DNA of 64,000 nt. It comes from Candidatus Hydrogenedentota bacterium. GTDB taxonomy: Bacteria; Hydrogenedentota; Hydrogenedentia; Hydrogenedentales; JAEUWI01. The notes beneath the pieces are model-generated. The model was not told the DNA's origin. It ran no database searches and was given only the letters and a program-made list of their open reading frames with translations. The stretch is from contig JACPGE010000074.1 of the NCBI GenBank assembly GCA_016182605.1, positions 1,694 through 65,693 of the forward strand, in the 5' to 3' direction. The position numbers and the translations under genes were made by a program. Shown in pieces: positions 48,056 to 57,455 of the stretch; within the stretch, counting starts at the first letter, position 1, and the number at the start of each line of letters is the position of its first letter.

Positions 48056-50512
48056 ATGATTAAAGCCCTTCCCACAATTGCCATCTTCCTGGCCGTTCTT
48101 GCGCCGCTGCATGCGGGCCGGGCCAGTGCTGCCCCGATCTCCTTCAATCGCGACATCCGCCCCGTACTGTCGGAGACCTGTTTCAAGTGCCACGGTCCGG
48201 ATGGCGGTGCGCGGAAGGCGGGCCTTCGCCTCGATCTCCGCGAGGGCGCGCTTGCGCCGCTGGAGCCCGGGGTGGCGGCTATCGTTCCGGGTGATCGCGC
48301 GGCCAGCACACTCTACCAGCGCGTGACGGCGGCGGATCCGGATGACCGGATGCCCCCGGCGGAAACGGGCCACACCCTGAGCCCGGCGCAGATCGCGGCG
48401 TTGGGACAATGGATAGATGAGGGCGCGCCCTATCAACTGCACTGGGCCTTTCTTCCGCCGGTGAAAGCTGCGCCACCGGATGTGGCACAGAGCGCCCCGG
48501 CGAAGAATGCGATCGATCGTTTTATTCTTGCGCGCCAGGAAGCGGCAGGGCTGGTCCCATCGCCCGAAGCCAACCCGAGCGCGCTCCTGCGCCGGGTCTA
48601 TCTCGATCTCACGGGCCTCCCCCCGGCGCCGGATGCGCTGGCGGATTTCCTGGCAGACACCGCCGGCGATGCCTATGAGCGCGTGGTGGATCAACTGTTG
48701 GGCTCGCCACAATTCGGCGAGCGCTGGGGGCGCCACTGGCTGGATGCGGCGCGCTATGCCGATTCCAATGGTTACAGCATCGATGGGCCCCGCTCGATCT
48801 GGCCCTACCGCGATTATGTGGTGAACGCGTTTAATGCGAACAAGCCCTTCGACCAGTTTGTGATCGAGCAGATGGCGGGGGATTTGTTGCCCGGCAGCAC
48901 CGTGGAGCAGCGGGTGGCCACGGGCTTTCACCGCAACACGATGATCAACGAGGAAGGCGGTGTCGACAAGGAAGAATTCCGGATGGAGGCGGTGATCGAT
49001 CGGGTGAATACGGTGGGGACCGTGTTTCTGGGCCTGACCCTGGGCTGCGCGCGCTGCCACGATCACAAATACGATCCGATTGCCGCGAAGGAGTACTTTC
49101 AACTTTTCGCGTTCCTGAACAATGATGAGGAGGTGGACCTTCGGGTGTCCAGCGCGGAGGCGGAAGCGGGTATAGCCCGCGCGGAAACGGCGATCGCAGA
49201 GGCAAAGGCGCAGATCGTGGCCTACCTCGCGGAGAGCGCGCCGCAGCAGGTGGCGTGGGAAGAGGCGCTGACGCTGCCGCGTATTCGCAGCTTTACCGAG
49301 CCGGAACAACAGGCGCTGTTGATCGCGGACGAAAAACGCACGGAGGAGCAGCGCAAGCTGGTGCTGGAACGTTTCAAGCAGGACGACGAGACCATTCAAC
49401 GCCTGGAAGCCAAGATAAGACGGCATGCGCCGCGCCTGGAAGGCGTTCCGAAGTCGATGGTGCTGGCCCCACGCACCACGCCCCGGGAGTCCTGGTTCCT
49501 GGAGGCGGGCGACTACACGCGCAAGTCGGAGCGTGTGTTTCCTGGCGTGCCTGCGGTATTGCACGATCTCCCTCCGGACGCCACAGGCACGCGGCTGGAC
49601 CTGGCGCGGTGGCTGGTGGCTCCCGAGAATCCACTGTTGGCGCGCGTGACGGTGAACCGCTTCTGGCAACAGTTGTTTGGCCGGGGGCTCGTGGAGACGG
49701 AAAACGATTTTGGTTCGCAGGGCCTGCCGCCAAGCCACCCCGAGTTGCTGGACTGGCTGGCCACGGAGTTCGTGGATCGCGGCTGGGACACAAAATCCAT
49801 CTTGAAAAGTATCGTGATGTCGGCGACGTACCGGCAGTCCTCGGCGCGCCGGGAAGACCTGGAACACAACGATCCGAACAACGTGCTGCTGGCGCGCCAG
49901 AACCGGCTGCGCCTCGACGCGGAAATCATTCGCGATGCGGCGCTCTCGGTGGCCGGTGTGCTGGACAAGCGCCTGGGCGGGCCGCCAGTCTATCCGCCTC
50001 AGCCCGAAGGCGTGACGAAGCTGGGGCAGCAGCAGCGCGACTGGAATGCGAGTGTTGGCGGCGACCGGTACCGGCGGGGACTGTATACCGCCTTGTGGCG
50101 TGCGACACCGTACTACGGGCTTTCGGTCTTCGATGCCCCGAACGCGCAGGAGACCTGCACACGCCGCATACGATCCAACACGCCGCTTCAGGCGCTCACC
50201 CTGCTCAACGATCGGTCCTTCGTGGAACTGGCGCAGGCCGTGGCGCGGCGCCTCTCCACCATGCCGGATCCATCGCCTGAAGCGCGGCTGCATCAGGCCT
50301 TTCAATGGTGCCTCGCACGCACCCCGGACGCGCACGAAACGGCGCTTTTGCTCGAACTTTACGAGGCACAGCGGCGCGCATTTGCGCAGGACGCGCCGGA
50401 AACCGTGCAATCCGTGTGGGGCGCTGCAGCACAGGCAAGCCCGGAAAACGCGGCGTGGACCATGGTGGCGCGGGCGCTGCTCAACCTCGACGAATTTGTG
50501 ACGCGGGAGTAA
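48056..50512 (+). CDS. PSD1/PSCyt protein, minimal version without a central insert
   Basis: ATG 48056; [44 protein letters not shown]. Confidence 0.94.
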   Translation: MIKALPTIAIFLAVLAPLHAGRASAAPISFNRDIRPVLSETCFKCHGPDGGARKAGLRLDLREGALAPLEPGVAAIVPGDRAASTLYQRVTAADPDDRMPPAETGHTLSPAQIAALGQWIDEGAPYQLHWAFLPPVKAAPPDVAQSAPAKNAIDRFILARQEAAGLVPSPEANPSALLRRVYLDLTGLPPAPDALADFLADTAGDAYERVVDQLLGSPQFGERWGRHWLDAARYADSNGYSIDGPRSIWPYRDYVVNAFNANKPFDQFVIEQMAGDLLPGSTVEQRVATGFHRNTMINEEGGVDKEEFRMEAVIDRVNTVGTVFLGLTLGCARCHDHKYDPIAAKEYFQLFAFLNNDEEVDLRVSSAEAEAGIARAETAIAEAKAQIVAYLAESAPQQVAWEEALTLPRIRSFTEPEQQALLIADEKRTEEQRKLVLERFKQDDETIQRLEAKIRRHAPRLEGVPKSMVLAPRTTPRESWFLEAGDYTRKSERVFPGVPAVLHDLPPDATGTRLDLARWLVAPENPLLARVTVNRFWQQLFGRGLVETENDFGSQGLPPSHPELLDWLATEFVDRGWDTKSILKSIVMSATYRQSSARREDLEHNDPNNVLLARQNRLRLDAEIIRDAALSVAGVLDKRLGGPPVYPPQPEGVTKLGQQQRDWNASVGGDRYRRGLYTALWRATPYYGLSVFDAPNAQETCTRRIRSNTPLQALTLLNDRSFVELAQAVARRLSTMPDPSPEARLHQAFQWCLARTPDAHETALLLELYEAQRRAFAQDAPETVQSVWGAAAQASPENAAWTMVARALLNLDEFVTRE

Positions 50513-50517
50513 TCGCG

Positions 50518-51969
50518 ATGGATTTGGAACAGGAACTCAATCGGCAGGAAGCGAAGGCACTGCACGCGGTGACACGGCGGCACTTCTTCCGCGACTGCGG
50601 CGTGGGTCTGGGCGCGATGGCTCTGAGCAGTCTGATGCAGCGCAACGCCGCGGCGAGTATCGCCCCGCAATTGAGCCATATCGCGCCCAAGGCAAAGAGC
50701 GTCATCTTTCTCTTCATGGCCGGTGGTCCGAGCCAGTTGGAGCTTTTCGACTACAAGCCGGTTTTGCAGCAATACACGAACACGCCCATCCCCCCCGCCT
50801 ACCTCGAAGGGAGGCGCTTCGCCTTCATGGATTCCTCGTTCCCGGTGGACAAGGTGAAGCTGCTCGGCACGCAGCGCAAGTTTGCGCAGCACGGGCAGTG
50901 TGGCGCGTGGGTTTCGGAATGCCTGCCGCACACGGCGGGCATCGTGGACGACATCACCATCATCAAGACGATCGAAACGGAAGTGCCGAACCACGCACCC
51001 GCGAAGATTTTCATGAACACGGGTTCCGCCCAGTTTGGCCGGCCGAGCATGGGCGCCTGGGTGAGCTATGGCATCGGCAGCGAGGCGGACGATCTTCCGG
51101 GCTTCGTCGTGCTGCAATCCGGCCCGCGCGGGCCACGGGGCGGCGCGGTGAACTGGGCGAGCGGCTTTCTGCCCACGACACACCAGGGCGTGCCCTTCCG
51201 ATCCAACGGCGACCCGATCCTGAACCTGAGCAATCCCGCGGGCATCTCCGCACTGCGGCAGCGCGATCTGATCGACACCGTCAACGCGCTCAACGAACAC
51301 CGGCTGGATGTCACGGGCGATCCGGAGATTGCCACCCGGATCGCGGCGTACGAAATGGCCTATCGCATGCAGACGAGCGCGCCGGAGCTGATGGACCTCT
51401 CCCAGGAAACCCCCGGCACGCTGGACCTCTACGGCGTGAAACAGGGCGAATCTTCCTTCGCGTACAATTGCTTGCTCGCGCGCCGTCTCGTGGAACGGGG
51501 CGTGCGCTTCGTGCAGTTGTATCACACGAACTGGGATCACCACGGTGGTTCGGGCGAAACGCTCACCGGCGACCTGGACAAGGTGTGCCTGGAGGTGGAC
51601 CAGGGCGGCGCGGCCCTCGTGCGCGATTTGAAACAGCGCGGTCTGCTCGACGAGACGCTGGTGATCTGGGGCGGCGAATTCGGGCGCACGCCCATGGGCG
51701 AGTTGCGCGACACCATCGGACGCAACCACCACAACGACTGCGCCACGATGTGGATGGCGGGTGGTGGCGTGAAGGCAGGCTGCGTATTCGGGGAGACCGA
51801 CGAACTCGGGTTCAGCCCCATAGAGGACAAGGTGCATGTCCACGATTTGCACGCAACCATCCTGCACCTGCTCGGCATAGAACACACCAAACTGACCTTC
51901 CGCTTCAAGGGCCGCGATTTCCGCCTGACCGATGTGGCCGGAAACGTCGTGCACAAACTGCTGGTCTGA
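50518..51969 (+). CDS. DUF1501 family protein
   Basis: ATG 50518; [44 protein letters not shown]. Confidence 0.95.
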   Translation: MDLEQELNRQEAKALHAVTRRHFFRDCGVGLGAMALSSLMQRNAAASIAPQLSHIAPKAKSVIFLFMAGGPSQLELFDYKPVLQQYTNTPIPPAYLEGRRFAFMDSSFPVDKVKLLGTQRKFAQHGQCGAWVSECLPHTAGIVDDITIIKTIETEVPNHAPAKIFMNTGSAQFGRPSMGAWVSYGIGSEADDLPGFVVLQSGPRGPRGGAVNWASGFLPTTHQGVPFRSNGDPILNLSNPAGISALRQRDLIDTVNALNEHRLDVTGDPEIATRIAAYEMAYRMQTSAPELMDLSQETPGTLDLYGVKQGESSFAYNCLLARRLVERGVRFVQLYHTNWDHHGGSGETLTGDLDKVCLEVDQGGAALVRDLKQRGLLDETLVIWGGEFGRTPMGELRDTIGRNHHNDCATMWMAGGGVKAGCVFGETDELGFSPIEDKVHVHDLHATILHLLGIEHTKLTFRFKGRDFRLTDVAGNVVHKLLV

Positions 51970-52097
51970 TTGACCCCAGGCAAGGCGCAAGTTGACTCCG
52001 GGCAGGGTCTCGCAGCACTATGGAGCAAGCGGCGTGACACAGCGCACCGGGCTGCAACGGCCAGCGTGCACGATACCCGCCCAAGGAGAACCTCATC

Positions 52098-52505
52098 GTG
52101 AAGTACGTATTGCACTTTCCCCTCTTCGCCCTCGCCCTGATTGCCTACAACGCGATCATGATCACGGGAGACGCCTTCCGCACGAATCCCGACGTGATCT
52201 CGATCCCCCTCATGGCGAATGACGATGTCATGCCCCTGAAACTGGGGGATATTTTCGTGATGCTCGGGGTCATCCTCCTGTACTTCGAGATCCTGAAGGC
52301 GACACGGGCCTCGCGCAGCACCATCGTCGATCACGCGCTCTCCATGCTCGTGTTCGTCGCCTTCCTGATCGAATACATCGTCGTCGCCGGTGCGGGCACT
52401 GCCACCTTCATGATCCTGACCCTGATGGCGCTCCTGGAGGTCATCGCCGGATTTACCATCACCATCTCCACCTCACGCCGCGATGTGTCGTTCGGTGGAA
52501 ATTAG
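52098..52505 (+). CDS. Small 4-TM hypothetical membrane protein
   Basis: AAGGAG RBS, GTG start, four hydrophobic segments, EILKATR/DHALS motifs, host-like codon usage. Confidence 0.82.
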   Translation: MKYVLHFPLFALALIAYNAIMITGDAFRTNPDVISIPLMANDDVMPLKLGDIFVMLGVILLYFEILKATRASRSTIVDHALSMLVFVAFLIEYIVVAGAGTATFMILTLMALLEVIAGFTITISTSRRDVSFGGN

Positions 52506-52570
52506 GCGGGGTGCGGCTCTGGACACGAGCGATTTGGGCTTCGGGCGGGACCTCAGTTCGCGGGTTCCAT

Positions 52571-52828
52571 CTAGGCAGGGAGCGCAGAACCCGTGGCCTT
52601 GGCATAAAGGACTTCCGGGGCAATCTGAATTTCCCCCTCCCACGTGAGGACGCCAAGTTCTTCGTCCACACGAAAGCGCTGGAAGAAATCCGTGTCCTTG
52701 AACGGCTCGAACACACCGCCGCGCTGCGAGTAGGCAGAAAAGTCAACCACGCCACACTGCCCATCATCAAACTCGAGTTCGATAAGGTACCCGCCACGAT
52801 GGGTTGCCGCGACTATATCGTGAAGCAT
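52571..52828 (-). CDS. DUF2442 domain protein
   Basis: LEFDDG...VDF, GGVFEPF.D..FF.RFRVD, LTW....IAPE.LY; AAGGAG RBS. Confidence 0.85.
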   Translation of the reverse strand: MLHDIVAATHRGGYLIELEFDDGQCGVVDFSAYSQRGGVFEPFKDTDFFQRFRVDEELGVLTWEGEIQIAPEVLYAKATGSALPA

Positions 52829-53088
52829 GGGTTTACTCCTTCGGGGTGTCTGGAATGACGGAAGGGAATGGGCATTACTCTCGTTCAGATTATCACATTC
52901 TGGAATCGCAACGTCCGGCCCCGGATCCGTGCGGAGAAGCCGAGTACAACTCGGCGATCCCAGGCTTGCAAGCCCATCTCCGCACCCCCCGCTGCATGAG
53001 GGAACATCGTTCTTGCCTTTCTGGCCGCGCAGGAAGCAGTATGTTGCTCCAATTGGTTGGGGCGCTAAGGCGATAACTGGCAGGAGAT

Positions 53089-53856
53089 TTGGACATGGAA
53101 GTGAAGGGCAAGTCCGTCGTCGTCACCGGCGGCGGAAGCGGGATCGGCGAGGCGCTGGCGCGGCGTTTTGCCGCGGAGGGCGCGCGGGTGGTGGTCTCCG
53201 ACATCAATGAGGCGGGCGCCGCGCGGGTGGTGGGTGAGATAGGGGGCGTGGCCGTGCGGACCGACGTGGCGCGGGAAGAAGACGTGATTGCGCTCGTCGC
53301 GGCGGCGGAACGCGCCCATGGCCCCATCGACCTTTTTGTGTCGAACGCGGGCATCGGCTGCCCGGACCCCGGCCACGCGGCATCGGCATCGAATGAGGAC
53401 TGGCAGCGGATCTGGGAGATCAATGTGATGTCTCACATCTTCGCGGCGCGCGCGCTGCTCCCGGCGATGATGGCGCGGAAGTCGGGGGCCTTTCTGATTA
53501 CGGCTTCGGCTGCGGGACTCTTGAGCCAGATCGGTTCGGCCCCGTACGCCGTGACCAAGCGGGCGGCGGTGGCCTTTGCGGAGTCCCTGGCGATCACGCA
53601 CGGCGACGACGGCGTCGAGGTCTATTGTCTCTGTCCGCAGGGCGTGCGCACGCCGATGGTGGGTGACAGCGGGCCGCAGCATGTGGACGGCGTGATCGAG
53701 CCGGAAGAAGTGGCCGAGTGTGTGATGCAGGCCCTGGCGGAGGGGCGCTTCCTGATTTTGCCGCATCCCACGGTGCAGACCTACATGGAGCGGAAAGCGG
53801 GCGACTATCAACGCTGGATCAAGGGCATGCAGCGCTTCCGGCGGCAGTTCATATAG
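53089..53856 (+). CDS. Short-chain dehydrogenase/reductase
   Basis: TGGGSGIG, SNAGI, YAVTK; the start may be ATG 53095. Confidence 0.94.
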   Translation: MDMEVKGKSVVVTGGGSGIGEALARRFAAEGARVVVSDINEAGAARVVGEIGGVAVRTDVAREEDVIALVAAAERAHGPIDLFVSNAGIGCPDPGHAASASNEDWQRIWEINVMSHIFAARALLPAMMARKSGAFLITASAAGLLSQIGSAPYAVTKRAAVAFAESLAITHGDDGVEVYCLCPQGVRTPMVGDSGPQHVDGVIEPEEVAECVMQALAEGRFLILPHPTVQTYMERKAGDYQRWIKGMQRFRRQFI

Positions 53857-53896
53857 CAATGACGTGGACCCTTGGGGCCGATGTTGAGGCTGCGGC

Positions 53897-56032
53897 CTAC
53901 CAGATCGGCTTGAGGTGCGCCAGAGCGAGGCTGCGTACCGTCGCGGCGCCGCCTTCGGCAAAGACTGTTACGCCCTGCGCTTCCTTCTCAAAATGGACGC
54001 CCATGGGCATGTAGATCTGTCCCTGATTGGCAAAAATCTCGAGGGACATACGATCGACGAGCACTTCGAGCATGATCGCGCCATCGTGGAGTGTGACAGG
54101 GGCGCGTTTGTCCCCACAGCGGAGTTCCTGCGCGGCGGTGTCGAAGGTGACGGCGACGCCGCGCACCTGGAGGCCCACCGTGGCCGCGGAGCCGGGCTCC
54201 AAGACGACGCGAATGCGCGCGGCGTCGACCGTGGCAACCACGTCCCGCGTGCCCTCAAGCGATACGTCCTCCAGCGTTTCCGTCGCGCCATGGAGAGTCA
54301 CGATTTCCCGCACGGGATTCGCATGCAGGCGCAGGCCGTCTTCGGTGGCGTGCAGGGTAAGTTCGACGGGAAAATTCATCATCTGGTTGAAGGGCATAGA
54401 GGCATCGCCAATCTGTCCCCACGCGATCTGGATGCGCCGTCCGTCTTCCTGCGGCAGGTTGTTCCAGGTCTGTGAGGCGTAGAAGCAATTGCCGTGTTGA
54501 AACCGGATCTTCTTCGTCTCCGGTGTGAACTGTTTGCCATCGAAGCTGCCGGCCATGTAGCCGCCATCCGCGCCATAGACCACCCACTTCGATTCGCCGG
54601 CGCCTTCCACTGAAATCTCAAAAAGCTCGGGGCACTCGTAGAAGCCCTCCACGCTGCCCGTGGGCGTCCAGGATTTGAGATCGGTTGAGGTGAAGAGGTC
54701 GAGGCGTTTGCCATCGATGAAGAGAATCATCACCCAATGCTGGCCCGGGGCGTACCAGATGACCTTGGGATCGCGGTTGCCGCCAGCGATGTGCCCGATG
54801 ACGGGATTGCCCTCGAACTTGGTGAAGGTGCGGCCGCGATCGTTGCTGTAGGCGATGCACTGGGTGAAGGGCTGCCCCTTGGATGCGGGGTTGAGATCGC
54901 CCGCGGCGGTGTAGAAGCACACGATGGGCGGCTCGGCCCCGCTTTGAAAACCCGAAGTATTCTTCTCGTCCACCACCGCGGAACCCGAGAAAATGGCGCC
55001 CAGATGATCGGGGTGGATGGCGTCGCCGAGTTCGTTCCAATGGAGGAGGCCGGTGCTGACGGCGTGGCCCCAGGTCATGTTGCCCCAGTTCCAGCCGAAG
55101 GGGTTGTGCTGGTAGAAGAGGTGGTATTCCCCGCCGTAATAGACGAGGCCATTGGGATCGTTGATCCAGCCGCGTTGTGTGCTGAAGTGCATCTGGGGCC
55201 GAAGCTCCTCGCGGTAGAGGTCCTCGGCGTCCAGCAGGGTGTCGGCCTGGCGTATCGTTTCAAGCGCCCGGGAATCGGCCTCCACGTCGTCTATCTGTAT
55301 GCGGAGTTCCGCGCCGGCGAATGGCTGCAGATCGAGCACGGTGTAGAAGTCTGGATCGGCGGGGGCAAGTTCGATATCGAATTCGCGCACGAGCGTTTCC
55401 CCCTGATAGACGTGCACCCACGACTTGGCGGCGCCATTCTTCACGGGGAAGTTCAGGTAGCGTCGCTCCGCGCGCACTGTAATGGTCTTGGTGGAAACAC
55501 GCGGCGCGTCGCACTGCATGATCTGGTCCACGTTGATATGGCCCCAGCCGCCGGTGTGTAGATCCACAATCTCGATTACCGCCTCCTTCCCCGCAAAGGC
55601 ACTCACTTCCCAACTCGTCCAGCGCAGGGCCTCGGAACCGCCGGGCGCGCTGTTGGGTCCGGTGGCGGTGCGCACCATCGTGCCGTCGATCAGCAGGTTG
55701 ATGCAGGTCTCCCCCGGGTGAGCACCGCCGCCGATCAGGAAGCACAAGTAGGGCTGCGTGAGGACAAAGGGTGGCGAGGTGAGCCGGCCTGTCGCAGCGT
55801 CCCCGCCGTGGAAGCTGTTGACGAGTCCCGCGCCCTGATAGCCCGTTACGTCCATTTGGCCTTCCAGCGTGCCGCGGGCCGGGGCGGCGCCGAAGGCCGT
55901 GCCCTCCAGCTTCCACGCGCCGTAGTCTGCGCCGTCGAAGTCCGCGATGAGTTGGTCCTCCCCACGGGCAGGGATGGAAAACGCGGCGAAGAGGCAGAAG
56001 AACGCGAGGAGAACGCGGTGAGATGCAATCAT
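53897..56032 (-). CDS. Secreted GH32 beta-fructosidase/levanase with N-terminal accessory domains
   Basis: ATG 56032, signal peptide; WINDPNG, WGHAVS, FSGSAV, RDPKV and YECP catalytic motifs. Confidence 0.95.
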   Translation of the reverse strand: MIASHRVLLAFFCLFAAFSIPARGEDQLIADFDGADYGAWKLEGTAFGAAPARGTLEGQMDVTGYQGAGLVNSFHGGDAATGRLTSPPFVLTQPYLCFLIGGGAHPGETCINLLIDGTMVRTATGPNSAPGGSEALRWTSWEVSAFAGKEAVIEIVDLHTGGWGHINVDQIMQCDAPRVSTKTITVRAERRYLNFPVKNGAAKSWVHVYQGETLVREFDIELAPADPDFYTVLDLQPFAGAELRIQIDDVEADSRALETIRQADTLLDAEDLYREELRPQMHFSTQRGWINDPNGLVYYGGEYHLFYQHNPFGWNWGNMTWGHAVSTGLLHWNELGDAIHPDHLGAIFSGSAVVDEKNTSGFQSGAEPPIVCFYTAAGDLNPASKGQPFTQCIAYSNDRGRTFTKFEGNPVIGHIAGGNRDPKVIWYAPGQHWVMILFIDGKRLDLFTSTDLKSWTPTGSVEGFYECPELFEISVEGAGESKWVVYGADGGYMAGSFDGKQFTPETKKIRFQHGNCFYASQTWNNLPQEDGRRIQIAWGQIGDASMPFNQMMNFPVELTLHATEDGLRLHANPVREIVTLHGATETLEDVSLEGTRDVVATVDAARIRVVLEPGSAATVGLQVRGVAVTFDTAAQELRCGDKRAPVTLHDGAIMLEVLVDRMSLEIFANQGQIYMPMGVHFEKEAQGVTVFAEGGAATVRSLALAHLKPIW

Positions 56033-56118
56033 GGTTCGGCTTTCCGTTGGATGGAAGGTGGTAGTACAACGCAGTCTATTATCGTGCATGGGCAGGCGAT
56101 GCGCAATGTGCCGGTGGG

Positions 56119-56147
56119 TTGACAGCATCGGGACAGCGTGCTAGTGT
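56119..56147 (+). promoter_or_regulatory. Putative sigma-70 promoter TTGACA-N17-TAGTGT with extended -10 TG
   Basis: Perfect -35 hexamer, 17-nt spacer, upstream of the ThuA-like gene. Confidence 0.6.
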
Positions 56148-56224
56148 GCGCCGGGTGGCCAGTTGTGGTCCGATTACGCAAGCCCACGGAGGACCGTGGG
56201 AACGAGCCAAGGAGCTTTCCTGAA

Positions 56225-57307
56225 ATGAAAAAGAATTTCATCCGCACGATGGGTATGGGTCTGGTCCTGGCGGCACTGTCCCTTTCGGCGCGCGCCGCGG
56301 ATCCCTGGGTGACCTATGCAGGCGGGTCGGGGCCCGGCCAGGGCAAACACGTGGTGCTCATCTCAGGCGACGAGGAGTACCGATCGGAGGAAGGGCTTCC
56401 GCAACTGGGCAAGATCCTTTCGGCACACCACGGGTTCGCGTGCACGGTGCTCTTCGCGATCAATCCAGAGTCGGGGCTGATCGATCCCAACTATGGGAAG
56501 AACATTCCTGGGCTGGAGGCGCTGGACACGGCAGATCTGATGATCATACTCACGCGTTTCCGCGATCTGCCGGACGAGCAGATGACGCACATCGACGCGT
56601 ACCTGAAGGCGGGCAAGCCGGTAATCGGCCTGCGCACGTCAACCCATGCCTTCAACCCGCCGGCGGACTCGGCGTGGGCCCATTATGGCAACGGGTATGA
56701 CGGTGAGAAGACGGCGTGGAAAGAGGGCTTTGGGCGGCTGGTGCTGGGGGAACACTGGATCAGCCACCATGGCGAGCACAAGCAGGAGAGCACGGTGGGC
56801 CTGTTGGCGCCGGGAGCGGCGGGCCATCCCATCTTGCGCGGCATTGGAGAGGGCGCCATCTGGTGTTCCACCGATGTCTATGGGGTACGGCTGCCCTTGC
56901 CGGGGGACAGCGCGCCACTGGTGCTGGGTCAGGTCACCAAGCGGGACGGCGCCTACGACGAGAAGGAACTGGACTATGGCATGCGGCCCACCGATCGCAC
57001 GGCGGTGGAAGGCAAGAAGAACGATCCCATGATGCCCGTGGCGTGGACGAAGACGTATCAGGTTCCCGGCGGCGCAGCGGGCAAGGCCTTTACAAGCACC
57101 ATGGGCGCTTCGGCCGATCTGCAAAACGACGCGCTGCGCCGGCTCATTATCAACGCTGCCTACTGGGCCACGGGCCTGGAAGCACAGATCCCTGCAGAAG
57201 GTGCGAAAGCGGATCTGGTTGGCGCATACACGCCCACGCAATACGCGTTTCGCGATGCGGCGTACTGGAAAGAACGCGCCATGTCCGTGGACGAGCACCG
57301 GAAATAG
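56225..57307 (+). CDS. Exported ThuA-like (class I glutamine amidotransferase-like fold) protein
   Basis: ATG 56225 after AAGGAG; HVVLISGDEEYRSEE, IGLRTSTHAF, HPILRGI, PVAWTK. Confidence 0.87.
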   Translation: MKKNFIRTMGMGLVLAALSLSARAADPWVTYAGGSGPGQGKHVVLISGDEEYRSEEGLPQLGKILSAHHGFACTVLFAINPESGLIDPNYGKNIPGLEALDTADLMIILTRFRDLPDEQMTHIDAYLKAGKPVIGLRTSTHAFNPPADSAWAHYGNGYDGEKTAWKEGFGRLVLGEHWISHHGEHKQESTVGLLAPGAAGHPILRGIGEGAIWCSTDVYGVRLPLPGDSAPLVLGQVTKRDGAYDEKELDYGMRPTDRTAVEGKKNDPMMPVAWTKTYQVPGGAAGKAFTSTMGASADLQNDALRRLIINAAYWATGLEAQIPAEGAKADLVGAYTPTQYAFRDAAYWKERAMSVDEHRK

Positions 57308-57455
57308 GGACGCAATGCGGGAGCGACATATATTGACACTCTAATTGATTGGCTCAAAAGACGCCCTTTGTTTTTGAATAAAGATGTGGTGCTTCTGTAT
57401 CGAGGTCCGCGTTCCCGATGGCCCAGGTTTTGATGCATATTTCTTGACATTTATG

